A stretch of DNA of 64,000 nucleotides from Macrostomum hystrix (Eukaryota; Animalia; Platyhelminthes), in assembly GCA_950097015.1 (NCBI GenBank), contig CATNEN010000039.1, positions 3,658,001 to 3,722,000 of the forward strand. Direction: 5' to 3'. Below, piece by piece: positions 22,483 to 35,369 of the stretch (position 1 is the stretch's first letter; every line of letters starts with the position of its first letter). Below the pieces are notes generated by a model. It was not told the origin of the DNA, did not search any database, and saw nothing but the letters and a program-made list of their open reading frames with translations. Both the position numbers and the translations under genes were made by a program.

Positions 22483-23135
22483 CTGATATCCCACTGCAGT
22501 ACTGGAACTGATATCCCACTGCTGTACTGGAACTGATATCCCACTGCTGTACTGGAACTGATATCCCACTGCTGTACTGGAACTGATATCCCACTGCTGT
22601 ACTGGAACTGATATCCCACTGCTGTACTGGAACTGATATCCCACTGCTGTACTGGAACTGATATCCCACTGCTGTACTGGAACTGATATCCCACTGCTGT
22701 ACTGGAACTGATATCCCACTGCTGTACTGGAACTGATATCCCACTGCTGTACTGGAACTGATATCCCACTGCTGTACTGGAACTGATATCCCACTGCAGT
22801 ACTGGAACTGATATCCCACTGCTGTACTGGAACTGATATCCCACTGCTGTACTGGAACTGATATCCCACTGCTGTACTGGAACTGATATCCCACTGCTGT
22901 ACTGGAACTGATATCCCACTGCTGTACTGGAAGTAATATCCCACTGCAGTACTGGAACTGATATCCCACTGCAGTACTGGAACTGATATCCCACTGCTGT
23001 ACTGGAACTGATATCCCACTGCTGTACTGGAACTGATATCCCACTGCTGTACTGGAACTGATATCCCACTGCTGTACTGGAACTGATATCCCACTGCAGT
23101 ACGAGTACTGGAACTGATATCCCACTGCTGTACTG
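22483..23135. repeat. Minisatellite, 25-bp unit GATATCCCACTGCTGTACTGGAACT
   Basis: Direct inspection. Confidence 0.95.
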
Positions 23136-23166
23136 GGTTTAGACAACAAGAATTATCGGCTGTGCC

Positions 23167-23208
23167 TCAAGCCTTTCCCCCGCCCCAGGTCTTGCTGTGC
23201 ATCTGCAC
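23167..23208 (-). pseudogene. 42-bp remnant of a fourth GT32 paralogue (VQMHSKTWGGGKA*)
   Basis: The reverse complement translates to exactly the last 13 aa plus stop of paralogue B, with only synonymous differences. No homology is visible upstream of it. Confidence 0.75.
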
Positions 23209-23658
23209 CCCATGCAGATTCTGTTACATCTGTTACCCCATGCCATATTTACCCTTAAGTGCACAGTCAGTTCAGTTTGGTAAACTGAAAGCCAGTGAGA
23301 AAATGACTTACCTTCTTCTTCTCACCTTCAGCCGCTAGATGCAGTGCTATTGTTGGCGGGCAGCAGTGAGCAGTTGTTCAGCCTAAACGCGAGGCAAGAA
23401 GTCGGAAAAAAAGTTGGAAGAAGCTTGAAAGCTGCTCAGTACAGTTGGCAGGTTTGGAGCCTTTGGGGCAGCAAATTCTTGGGCTTACCTGTGCGTAGAT
23501 GCCCATCATTTGCCTAATTGGTTGTCAGACGCACATTAACAATACACTTTCAGGGTAAGAGAAAGTTCTGACTGGTTTGCTAGACAGCAATGCTCTTTAC
23601 CGAGTTCGCCTAAACATTGCCTAAAGACACAGGCCAGAATTTTGTGTTCCACTGTGTG

Positions 23659-24335
23659 TAAGACAGAATAGATTGTCTGTTAGACAGAATAGACTGTCTG
23701 TTAGACAGAATTAGACAGAATAGATTGTCAGTTAGACAGAATTAGACAGAATAGATTGTCTGTTAGACAGAATAGATTGTCAGTTAAACAGAATAGATTG
23801 TCTGTTAGACAGAATAGATTGTTTGTTAGACAGAATAGATTGTCTGTTAGACAGAATAGATTGTCTGTTAGACAGAATAGATTGTCTGTTAGACAGAATA
23901 GATTGTCTGTTAGACAGAATAGATTGTTTGTTAGTCAGAATAGATTGTCTGTTAGACAGAATAGATTGTCTGTTAGACAGAATAGATTGTCTGTTAGACA
24001 GAATAGATTGTCTGTTAGACAGAATAGATTGTCTGTTAGACAGAATAGATTGTCTGTTAGACAGAATAGAATGTCTATTAGACAGAATAGATTGTCTGTT
24101 ATACAGAATAGATTGTCTGTTAGAAGGTATAGATTGTCTGTTAGAAGGTATAGATCATTCTGTTAGAAGGTATAGATCATTCTGTTAGAAGGTATAGATC
24201 ATTCTGTTAGAAGGTATAGATCATTCTGTTAGAAGGTATAGATCATTCTGTTAGAAGGTATAGATCATTCTGTTAGAAGGTATAGATCATTCTGTTAGAA
24301 GGTATAGATCATTCTGTTAGAAGGTATAGATTGTC
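23659..24335. repeat. Minisatellite, 21-bp TTAGACAGAATAGATTGTCTG grading into 22-bp TTAGAAGGTATAGATCATTCTG
   Basis: Direct inspection. Confidence 0.95.
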
Positions 24336-24777
24336 TCTTGAAGACATGTAGGACCGGTAGAATATTTTGTTAATAAGATTCACTATGCAGTGATATAAGG
24401 TATTATTTTCCATCTTTACTACTAATAGCTCGAGCTAGTATTGATTAAGAATGCTTATTAGTTTAGTTTATGTTAAGAATATTAGCAAAGTATTAACTCG
24501 ACTTTTTTTGAAACGTTAATGAGTTTACTTATTTATGATAAAGTAAAGTGAAGTACACGAGTACACAGCTGCTAATAGGAAACTTGGAATGACAATTAAA
24601 AATAATTTGCCATAACAAGAAAAGCATGTTTAACGTGACCAATATTTGCGTTGGCTTTTTAGAAGGTATATGAAATAAGAGAGTCAGATTGGGGTGGGGA
24701 TAAGGTCGGACTTGGGTGGGTTCATTGAATGTACTTTAAAGGTGACTCACTGTTGATGAGTGAGTCACCAAAGGACT

Positions 24778-25000
24778 AAGAATGTACACTTAAGGAGAGA
24801 GTGGGTGAGGTGGGTATTCAGAATGTACACTAAAGAAGAGAGTGGGTGAGGTGGGTGTTAATAATGTACACTAAAGAATAGAGTGTGTGAGGTGGGTGTT
24901 AATAATATACACTAAAGAAGAGAGTGGGTGAGGTGGGTGTGAGGAATGAGCACTAAAGAGGAGAGAATGGGTGGGGTGGGTGTGAGGAATGTACACTATA
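24778..25000. repeat. Degenerate tandem of about 40 bp (AATGTACACTAAAGAAGAGAGTGGGTGAGGTGGGTG...)
   Basis: About 5 copies. Confidence 0.8.
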
Positions 25001-25290
25001 AAGGCACTAAAGCTAGTAAGGAGATAGATAGAGGTGTATGAAATTAGCTCTTACTGAGTTCACTCCTCCTCTGATCACAATTGGCTGGATAAAAATGCTG
25101 CTAAAGTACGCCAGTTAAAGCAGCAAGACTGGAAGTAATAAAGCATAATAGCATATGTATTGTGTAGGTATGTAGGTATAGCATAGGTATTATGTAGGTA
25201 TTGCATAATAGCATTGGCAATTGGCAGTTTTCGATATGCAGCCGATAAATGGCACCCCATCTTGGTACAATGTCCCAACCGCTACCCAAT

Positions 25291-26163
25291 TCACGCTTTG
25301 CCGCCTGCCCAGCTCTTGCTGTGCACCTGCACCACATAGGCCTCCGAGAACGAGCCGATGCACTTCGACTCCTCAGCGTCGCTCATTGCGCCGTACGTCT
25401 TGCACTCGGGCCTCTTGTTGACTATCCAGCTGAACGGATTGAAGTAGCCGGGAGGGAAGATCTTCAAGTCCTTCTGGCCGTCATCGATGTACTGCTGCAG
25501 CTCGGCCATGAGCACCAGAGGTCCCGTGGTCTCCTCGGCTCCGCCCTTGCCTCTCCGGCGCCACCGTCTGGCGATGCGGTGCAGCAGGCCGATCCAGAAC
25601 GGATGCGCCGGCCTGGAGGCCATGAACGAGTTCTGCACGTAGCTGCCGTTGACGCTGCTGATCCAGCGGCCCTCCATGCCGCCAAACACCAGTCCCAGAC
25701 CGGACAGCAGCGGGCGGAAGTTTCTCAGACAGATGGTGTCAATGTCCGCGTAAATGCCGCCATAGTGCAGCAGATACAAATACCTGGCCAGGTCGGCCCG
25801 CTGAACCCCGGAGCTCAATTCGTCGTACATCTTCAACAGCCGGTGGTAGTGCTTCGAGACTAGGTTGCGGTTATCTGAGTCCGTCCACAGGATGTGCTGG
25901 CAGTCTGGCAGGCATTTCAGCCAGGTCGAGCGCCAGCGCATCGCCCGCCGACTCGGCAGAGTGGCCGACTTCCAGCTCTGGTGGACAATGCAGGGCACCT
26001 CAGCGGCAGGATCTGAGGTCAGTGGATGGGCTGCGGAGTTACCGTCTGGCTCAGCCCGGCTGTAGCTGGGTGAAAGGCGGAGGATGGTAAACAGCATGAG
26101 CGCCAGACTGAAGAGAATCAGGAGCAGCATGCACGCGACCAGCTGCGGCTTCTTGGCCAGCAT
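25291..26163 (-). CDS. GT32-family glycosyltransferase paralogue C, intronless CDS (290 aa)
   Basis: TM (LVACMLLLILFSLALMLFTIL), VPCIVHQSWK, LWTDSDN, QRADLARYLYLLHYGGIYADID, NSFMASRPAHPFW, TTGPLVL, YVVQVHSKSW. Confidence 0.92.
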   Translation of the reverse strand: MLAKKPQLVACMLLLILFSLALMLFTILRLSPSYSRAEPDGNSAAHPLTSDPAAEVPCIVHQSWKSATLPSRRAMRWRSTWLKCLPDCQHILWTDSDNRNLVSKHYHRLLKMYDELSSGVQRADLARYLYLLHYGGIYADIDTICLRNFRPLLSGLGLVFGGMEGRWISSVNGSYVQNSFMASRPAHPFWIGLLHRIARRWRRRGKGGAEETTGPLVLMAELQQYIDDGQKDLKIFPPGYFNPFSWIVNKRPECKTYGAMSDAEESKCIGSFSEAYVVQVHSKSWAGGKA

Positions 26164-26430
26164 CGCGCCGTGGCTGGCTGCGGGATGTTCAAGGACAAAC
26201 GTCTGCGGATCGGACGGTGGGAGAAATTCGGACTGAACATATATTAGCTCCGGATACTACAATTGCTTGTCGCAGACAGTCGAAATGCCTGATACGCAAA
26301 CACTGATCCGAAACGGCTCAAAACGGAAGCCCAGATAGGCCGAAGCCCCTGGGCTACAGTCCCGGCCAATCAGCGAGCGACCCGGCCTCACTACCTGTCT
26401 ACCCTCGGCAAGAAGCGACCCCGGGGCTCA

Positions 26431-27590
26431 GTGTCTCTATCTCGCTGTCTCTATAACTCCTTATCTCGCTGTCTCTCTAACTCCTTATCTCGCTGTCTCT
26501 CTAACTCCTTATCTCGCTGTCTCTCTAACTCCTTATCTCGCTGTCTCTCTAACTCCTTATCTCGCTGTCTCTTTAACTCCTTATCTCGCTGTCTCTTTAA
26601 CTCCTTATTTCGCTGTCTCTCTATCTCTCTATCTATCTGTATCTCTATCTATCTGTATCTCTGTTTCTCTGTCTCTCTGTGTCTCTGTCTCTCTGTTTCT
26701 CTGTATTTATGTTTGTCTTTCTGTCTCTCTGTCTACCTGTCTCTCTAACTCCTTATCTCGCTGTCTCTCTATCTCTCTGTGTCTCTGTCTCTCTGTTTCT
26801 CTGTATTTATGTTTGTCTTTCTGTTTCTCTGTATTTATGTTTGTCTTTCTGTCTCTCTGTCTACCTGTCTCTCTAACTCCTTATCTCGCTGTCTCTCTAT
26901 CTCTCTGTCTCTCTGTCTCTCAGTCTCTCTGTGTCTCTGTCTCTCTGTTTCTCTATCTCTCTGTGTCTCTGTATCTGTCTCTGTCTCTCTGTATCTGTCT
27001 CTCTAACTCCTTATCACGCCGTCTCTCTAACTCCTTATCACGCTGTCTCTCTAACTCCTTATTTCGCAGTCTCTCTATCTCTCTATCTATCTGTATCTCT
27101 GTTTCTCTGTCTCTCTGTGTCTCTGTCTCTCTGTCTCTCTGTCTCTCTGTCTCTCTGTCTCTCTGTTTCTCTATCTCTCTGTGTCTCTGTATCTGTCTCT
27201 GTCTCTCTGTATCTGTCTCTCTAACTCCTTATCACGCTGTCTCTCTAACTCCTTATTTCGCAGTCTCTCTATCTCTCTATCTATCTGTATCTCTGTTTCT
27301 CTGTCTCTCTGTGTCTCTGTCTCTCTGTCTCTCTGTCTCTCTGTCTCTCTGTCTCTCTGTCTCTCTGTCTCTCTGTGTCTCTGTCTCTCTGTCTCTCTGT
27401 CTCTCTGTGTCTCTGTCTCTCTGTCTCTCTGTCTCTCTGTCTCTCTGTTTCTCTGTCTCTCTGTCTCTCTGTTTCTGTCTCTGTCTCTCTGTCTCTCTGT
27501 CTCTCTGTCTCTCTCTCTCTCTGTCTCTCTGTTTCTCTGTATTTCTGTTTCTCTGTCTTTCTGTCTTTCTGTCTACCTGTCTACCTGTGC
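26431..27590. repeat. Compound TC-rich array (24-bp CTCTAACTCCTTATCTCGCTGTCT plus TCTCTCTG-type units)
   Basis: Direct inspection. Confidence 0.9.
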
Positions 27591-28164
27591 ATTTCTGATG
27601 GCTAAAACAGTTTTTGAAAGCCGCTGTTAAAGATGCTTTAATAGTCTCTTTAATAGCCGCTAATAAATTAAAATCAAATCTAAAGCGCAACGGCTGAAGT
27701 GTACCCTGTAGTGGCCAGTGCACTTTTCTGTACCCTGGCCTCTCAAATAGTATTGATGCTGTTGGAGCTGTGGCAGGGCTATAGTAAATAATGCATAGCA
27801 CAGTACCTAACTATAATGTAACAGCAGATAGAATGCCCACTTCCCAGCAAATGCCCAAATTCTTTGGAGAGAGCCAAGAATGCCAAGCGCTGATACAAAG
27901 TTCGAACGATAAAGTCAAACAATTCAAACTTGTACGAGGGTACTTTGTTTGCATTGCCTACTAAGCCTAACTAAATAGCATGAGGGATTATGCACACAGT
28001 GACGCATATGTTCGTAGAATGGATTGGAAAGAACACAAGGCCAGTGAGAAAGAATAATGTGAGCGAAAGAAATGAGAGTTTTTTTAACTCGAACCGAGCG
28101 AGATATTGTGTGATCTTCTGACCGAGAGAGAAATTGTGTGATCTTCTGAAAGAGATTGTGAGAC

Positions 28165-29205
28165 AGATGCAGGGGAAGGAGTAACGAATGCAGGGGAAGG
28201 AGTAACGGATGCAGAGGAAGGAGTAACGAATGCAGGGGAAGGAGTGACGGATGCAGGGGAAGGAGTAACGGATGCAGGGGAAGGAGTAACGGATGCAGGG
28301 GAAGGAGTAACGAATGCAGGGGAAGGAATAACGAAGGCAGAGGAAGGAGTAACGGATGCAGAGGAAGGAGTAACGAATGCAGGGGAAGGAGTGACGGATG
28401 CAGGGGAAGGAGTAACGGATGCAGGGGAAGGAGTAACGGATGCAGGGGAAGGAGTAACGGATACAGGGGAAGGAGTAACGGATGCAGGGGAAGGAGTAAC
28501 GGATGCAGGGGAAGGAGTAACGGATGCAGGGGAAGGAGTAACGGATGCAGGGGAAGGAGTAACGGATGCAGAGGAAGGAGTGACGGATGCAGGGAAAGGA
28601 GTGACGGATGCAGGGAAAGGAGTGACGGATGCAGAGGAAGGAGTGACGGATGGAGGGGAAGGAGTAACGGATGCAGGGGAAGGAGTAACGGATGCAGGGG
28701 AAGGAGTAACGGATGCAGGGGAAGGAGTAACGGATGCAGAGGAAGGAGTGACGGATGCAGGGAAAGGAGTGACGGATGCAGGGAAAGGAGTGACGGATGC
28801 AGGGGAAGGAGTAACGAATGCAGGGGAAGGAGTAACGGATGCAGGGGAAGGAGTAACGAATGCAGGGGAAGGAGTAACGGATGCAGGGGAAGGAGTGACG
28901 GATGCAGGGGAAGGAGTGACGGATGCAGGAGAAGGAGTAACGGATGCAGATGGAGGAGTGACGGATGCAGGGGAAGGAGTGACGGATGCAGGGGAAGGAG
29001 TGACGGATGCAGGAGAAGGAGTAACGGATGCAGAGGAAGGAGTGACGGATGCAGAGGGAGAAGTAACGGATGCAGGGGAAGGAGTAACGAATGCAGGGGA
29101 AGGAGTAACGGATGCAGGGGAAGGAGTAACGAATGCAGGGGAAGGAGTAACGAATGCAGGGGAAGGAGTAACGGATGCAGGCAAAGGAGTGACGGATGCA
29201 GGCGG
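28165..29205. repeat. Minisatellite, 21-bp unit GGATGCAGGGGAAGGAGTAAC
   Basis: Direct inspection. Confidence 0.95.
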
Positions 29206-29564
29206 AGCATTAAACTTATGATATTCTATTCATTTTTTGGCTCTGAGCTTTCAGAGCCACCTCAGTGCAACAGCTGGTGCAGCCCACAGCTTGACGACAA
29301 GTGATTCGGATTGCTAAGGAAACCTGACACTGTGAGCTCGTGTCTGCTCAGGTCTGTGCTGTTTGTGCAGAAACGCAGTGCGGGAAAATCTGACTGCCTC
29401 GATTTGCCATATAAATGTAGCGAATGTGCCCAAGAAAGAAAACTGCGTATTTACTCGTACCTTCCCTCTGCTCCTGAGCTTAGCTAGACGAGAAACTTAA
29501 AGATGTACTTTTATTTCATTATATGCATTAGAATTAGACTACATAAAATTTCCTTCATCAACTT

Positions 29565-31125
29565 TATCCTATTCAGTACATTGTCCTATTACCCATTCTC
29601 ATCCTTCAGTACATTATCCTATTGTCCATACTCATCCTTCAGTACATTATCCTATTGTCCATACTCATCCTTCAGCACATTATCCTATTGTCCATACTCA
29701 TCCTTCAGTACATTATCCTATTGTCCATACTCATCCTTCAGCACATTATCCTATTGTCCATACTCATCCTTCAGCACATTATCCTATTGTCCATACTCAT
29801 CCTTCAGTACATTATCCTATTGTCCATACTCATATTTCAGTACATTATCCTATTGTCCATACTCATCCTTCAGTACATTATCCTATTGTCCATACTCATC
29901 CTTCAGCACATTATCCTATTGTCGTTACTCATCCTTCAGCACATTATCCTATTGTCGTTACTCATCCTTCAGTACATTATCCTATTGTCGTTACTCATCC
30001 TTCAGTACATTATCCTATTGTCCATACTCATCCTTTAGTACATTATCCTATTGTCGTTACTCATCCTTCAGTACATTATCCTATTGTCCATACTCATCCT
30101 TTAGTACATTATCCTATTGTCGTTACTCATCCTTCAGTACATTATCCTATTGTCGTTACTCATCCTTCAGTACATTATCCTATTGTCGTTACTCATCCTT
30201 CAGCACATTATCCTATTGTCGTTACTCATCCTTCAGTACATTTTCCTATTGTCGTTACTCATCCTTTAGTACATTACTTATTGTCCATAATCATCCTTCA
30301 GCACATTCTCCTATTGTCGTTACTCATCCTTCAGTACATTATCCAATTGTCGTTACTCATCCTTCAGTACATTATCCTATTGTCCATACTCATCCTTCAG
30401 TACATTATCCTATTGTCGTTACTCATCCTTCAGTACATTATCCTATTGTCCATACTCATCCTTCAGTACATTATCCTATTGTCGTTACTCATCCTTTAGT
30501 ACATTATCCTATTGTCGTTACTCATCCTTCAGTACATTATCCTATTGTCCATACTCATCCTTTAGTACATTATCCTATTGTCGTTACTCATCCTTCAGTA
30601 CATTATCCTATTGTCGTTACTCATCCTTCAGCACATTATCCTATTGTCGTTACTCATCCTTCAGTACATTATCCTATTGTCGTTACTCATCCTTCAGTAC
30701 ATTATCCTATTGTCGTTACTCATCCTTCAGCACATTATCCTATTGTCGTTACTCATCCTTCAGTACATTTTCCTATTGTCGTTACTCATCCTTCAGCACA
30801 TTATCCTATTGTCGTTACTCATCCTTCAGTACATTTTCCTATTGTCGTTACTCATCCTTCAGTGCATTTTCCTATTGTCGTTACTCATCCTTTAGTACAT
30901 TATCCTATTGTCGTTACTCATCCTTCAGTGCATTATCCTATTGTCGTTACTCATCCTTCAGTACATTATCCTATTGTCGTTACTCATCCTTCAGTACATT
31001 ATCCTATTGTCCATCCTCATCCTTCAGTGCATTTTCCTATTGTCCATACTCATCCTTCAGTACATTATCCTATTGTCCATCCTCATCCTTCAGTGCATTT
31101 TCCTATTGTCCATACTCATTCTCAT
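29565..31125. repeat. Minisatellite, 33-bp unit CATTATCCTATTGTC(CA/GT)TACTCATCCTTCAGTA
   Basis: Direct inspection. Confidence 0.95.
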
Positions 31126-31179
31126 GTACTCATTCTTGAGTACATTAGTACAGTCCAAGTACAAAGCAATGTTTACCTT

Positions 31180-31575
31180 TTAAAAGAAGAGAAGCAAAGT
31201 CCGCCTGTTTTGTCCCGCAATTAACGAGGCGGCGGCGGCGGCGGAGGCGGAGGTGGCTGCACCGGCTGTGACTTCCACTGGCAGAGCTCGCCCCAATGCG
31301 GTATTATTGAATCCAGCAAAACCAGCTGCTAGATTAACGCTCAACTTTGCAGGGCAACCCGGAATTCCCCGGCAGAGCGGAGAGGACAGTGGGCCATTAA
31401 AACTCTCGTTGTATAGTTTGGCCCAGCCAATAGTGTGAAGGCTGCACGTTTTGACTGACTTCTCTCGACTGCTAAATAACTGAGAGAGCAGTGACTTTGC
31501 CAATGATTGTTGCCATGCAGTTGCTGGACCACTGAAAGGCCCTCCGCTCTTCCACTCTTCCTCTCCACCCTCAAC
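31180..31575 (-). CDS. Probable coding exon of an unidentified minus-strand gene (possibly a downstream exon of the 38417-39166 gene)
   Basis: Acceptor gaatcttag|GTT, then an open frame VEGGEEEWKSGGPFSGP...IGWAKLYNESFNGPLSSPLCRGIPGCPAKL...; a GC-rich island between two arrays. Confidence 0.35.
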   Translation of the reverse strand, partial: VEGGEEEWKSGGPFSGPATAWQQSLAKSLLSQLFSSREKSVKTCSLHTIGWAKLYNESFNGPLSSPLCRGIPGCPAKLSVNLAAGFAGFNNTALGRALPVEVTAGAATSASAAAAASLIAGQNRRTLLLFF

Positions 31576-31699
31576 CTAAGATTCCCTACAATCGACTTGT
31601 GTTCTTAACTGAACAACAATGGGACTAGGTCAATTAGCACTAATGTTAAGTTAATGTAAAACAGGGACTTTGTCACTTCGTCAGTCTAAACCACCTCCG

Positions 31700-34600
31700 T
31701 GATCATCACTAACTGATTCATAACAATCACTACCTGATTCACGACCATCACTACCTGATTCACGACCATCACCACCTGATTCACGACCATCACCACCTGA
31801 TTCACGACCATCACTACCTGATTCACGACCATCAATACCTGATTCACGAACATCACCACCTGATTCACGACCATCACCACCTGATTCACGACCATCACCA
31901 ACTGATTCATGACCATCACCAACTGATTCACGACCATCACCAACTGATTCACGACCATCAATACCTGATTCACGAACATCACCACCTGATTCACGACCAT
32001 CACCACCTGATTCACGACCATCACCACCAGATTCACGACCATCACCACCTGATTCACGACCATCACCAACTGATTCATGACCATCACCACCTGATTCACG
32101 ACCATCACCACCTGATTCACGACCATCACCAACTGATTCACGACCATCACCAACTGATTCACGACCATCAATACCTGATTCACGAACATCACCACCTGAT
32201 TCACGACCATCACCACCTGATTCACGACCATCAATACCTGATTCATGACCATCACTACCTGATTCACGACCATCACCACCTGATTCACGACCATCACCAC
32301 CTGATTCATGACCATCAATACCTGATTCACGACCATCACTACCTGATTCACGACCATCACCACCTGATTCACGACCATCAATACCTGATTCATGACCATC
32401 ACTACCTGATTCACGACCATCACCACCTGATTCACGACCATCACCACCTGATTCACGACCATCACCAACTGATTCACGACCATCACCACCTGATTCACGA
32501 CCATCACCAACTGATTCATGACCATCACCACCTGATTCACGAACATCACCACCTGATTCACGACCATCACCACCTGATTCACGACCATCACCACCTGATT
32601 CACGACCATCACCACCTGATTCACGACCATCACCAACTGATTCACGACCATCACCAACTGATTCATGACCATCAATACCTGATTCGCGACCATCACTACC
32701 TGATTCACGACCATCACCACCTGATTCACTACCATCACCACCTGATTCACGACCATCACCAACTGATTCACGACCATCACCAACTGATTCACGACCATCA
32801 CGAACTGATTCACGACCATCACCAACTTATTCATGACCATCACCACCTGATTCACGACCATCACCACCTGATTCACGACCATCACCAACTGATTCACGAC
32901 CATCACCAACTGATTCATGACCATCACCACCTGATTCACGACCATCACCAACTGATTCACGACCATCACCACCTGATTCACGACCATCACCAACTGATTC
33001 ATGACCATCACCACCTGATTCACGAACATCACCACCTGATTCACGACCATCACCACCTGATTCACGACCATCACCACCTGATTCACGACCATCACCACCT
33101 GATTCACGACCATCACCACCTGATTCACGACCATCACCAACTGATTCATGACCATCACCACCTGATTCACGAACATCACCACCTGATTCACGACCATCAC
33201 CACCTGATTCACGACCATCACCACCTGATTCACGACCATCACCACCTGATTCACGACCATCACCACCTGATTCACGACCATCACCAACTGATTCATGACC
33301 ATCACTACCTGTTTCATGACCATCACCAACTGATTCATGACCATCACCAACTGATTCATGACCATCACCAACTGATTCACGACCATCACCAACTGATTCA
33401 TGACCATCACTACCTGATTCATGACCATCACCAACTGATTCATGACCATCACCAACTGATTCACGACCATCACCAACTGATTCATGACCATCAATACCTG
33501 ATTCGCGACCATCACTACCTGATTCACGACCATCACCACCTGATTCACTACCATCACCACCTGATTCACGACCATCACCAACTGATTCACGACCATCACC
33601 AACTGATTCACGACCATCACGAACTGATTCACGACCATCACCAACTTATTCATGACCATCACCACCTGATTCACGACCATCACCACCTGATTCACGACCA
33701 TCACCACCTGATTCATGAGCCTCAATACCTGATTCATGACCATCACTACCTGATTCACGACCATCACCACCTGATTCATGACCATCACCACCTGATTCAC
33801 GACCATCACCAACTGATTCATGACCATCACCAACTGATTCATGACCATCACCAACTGATTCATGACCATCACCAACTGATTCACGTCCATCACCAACTGA
33901 TTCATGACCATCACCAACTGATTCATGACCATCACCAACTGATTCACGTCCATCACCAACTGATTCATGACCATCACCAACTGATTCATGACCATCACCA
34001 ACTGATTCACGACCATCACCACCTGATTCATGACCATCACTACCTGATTCATGACCATCACTACCTGATTCACGACCATCACCACCTGATTCACTACCAT
34101 CACCACCTGATTCACGACCATCACCAACTGATTCACGACCATCACCAACTGATTCACGACCATCACCACCTGATTCACGACCATCACCACCTGATTCACG
34201 ACCATCACCACCTGATTCACGACCATCACCACCTGATTCACGACCATCACCACCTGATTCATGAGCCTCAATACCTGATTCACGACCATCACCACCTGAT
34301 TCATGACCATCACCACCTGATTCATGACCATCACCACCTGATTCATGACCATCACTACCTGATTCACGACCATCACCACCTGATTCACGACCATCACCAC
34401 CTGATTCACGACCATCACCACCTGATTCACGACCATCACTACCTGATTCACGACCATCACCAACTGATTCACGACCATCACCACCTGATTCACGACCATC
34501 ACCACCTGATTCATGACCATCACCACCTGATTCACGACCATCACGACCTGATTCATGACCATCACCACCTGATTCACGACCATCACCACCTGATTCATGA

Positions 34601-34845
34601 CCATCACGACCTGATTCATGACCATCACCACCTGATTCATGACCATCACCACCTGATTCACGACCATCACCACCTGATTCACGACCATCACTACCTGATT
34701 CACGACCATCACCACCTGATTCACGACCATCAATACCTGATTCACGACCATCACCACCTGATTCATGACCATCACCAACTGATTCACGACCATCACTACC
34801 TGATTCACGACCATCACCACCTGATTCATGACCATCACAACCCTC
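31700..34845. repeat. Long minisatellite, 21-bp unit ACCTGATTCACGACCATCACC
   Basis: About 150 copies with internal block duplications. Confidence 0.95.
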
Positions 34846-35369
34846 TCCATGACCTCCTGTCCTCCTCTTAAAAAGAAAACTTTTGTCATTCTTTTTGTCC
34901 TCGTTTATAAGCTTAAATTTGACATGGTTTGTTTAGAGCAGCGCTTAAAGTAGTATACAACAAGCATTTTTGATAATCAATTCAAAATGCACAAGCCCAA
35001 ATGAAAAGTTTCTGTATTCGAGCGCCTGATTGTAAAGATTGTAGTTGAGCAGTATCTTCAGTGCTTGGCACGATTTTACCCCGTGCCAAGAAGCCAGAGT
35101 TGAACTTTGACAGCGCCAAATATTATTTTAGCAATTTGCTCGGCTGCTTGAGTTCTCCAGTTATTCTGCCAGTGTCTTGTTATTCTGCATGTTCTCTAAG
35201 AACTCAAACGGCTTGCCGGGCCCAGCTGACACCTGTCCTTGTCCTTAGGGCACCCTCAGATAAGTCAGTTTTATTTTCATTAGACTCAGTGTTTCATGAT
35301 TTTTTCTAGAAGTCTGTCCTACTCTCGATGGTTTTTTAAATATCCAACGCCTATCCTTAGATCCATGAC

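Noticed and set aside
31686-34889. 1067-aa ORF (VMVVNQV repeats) and other long repeat ORFs (453-1022, 3677-5741, 9383-10612, 22399-23149, 27924-29221, 29503-31224, 51641-53035, 59224-59700)
   Set aside because: These are translations of stop-free minisatellite frames, often open in several frames and strands, with no non-repetitive domain; several lie inside Par-3 introns.
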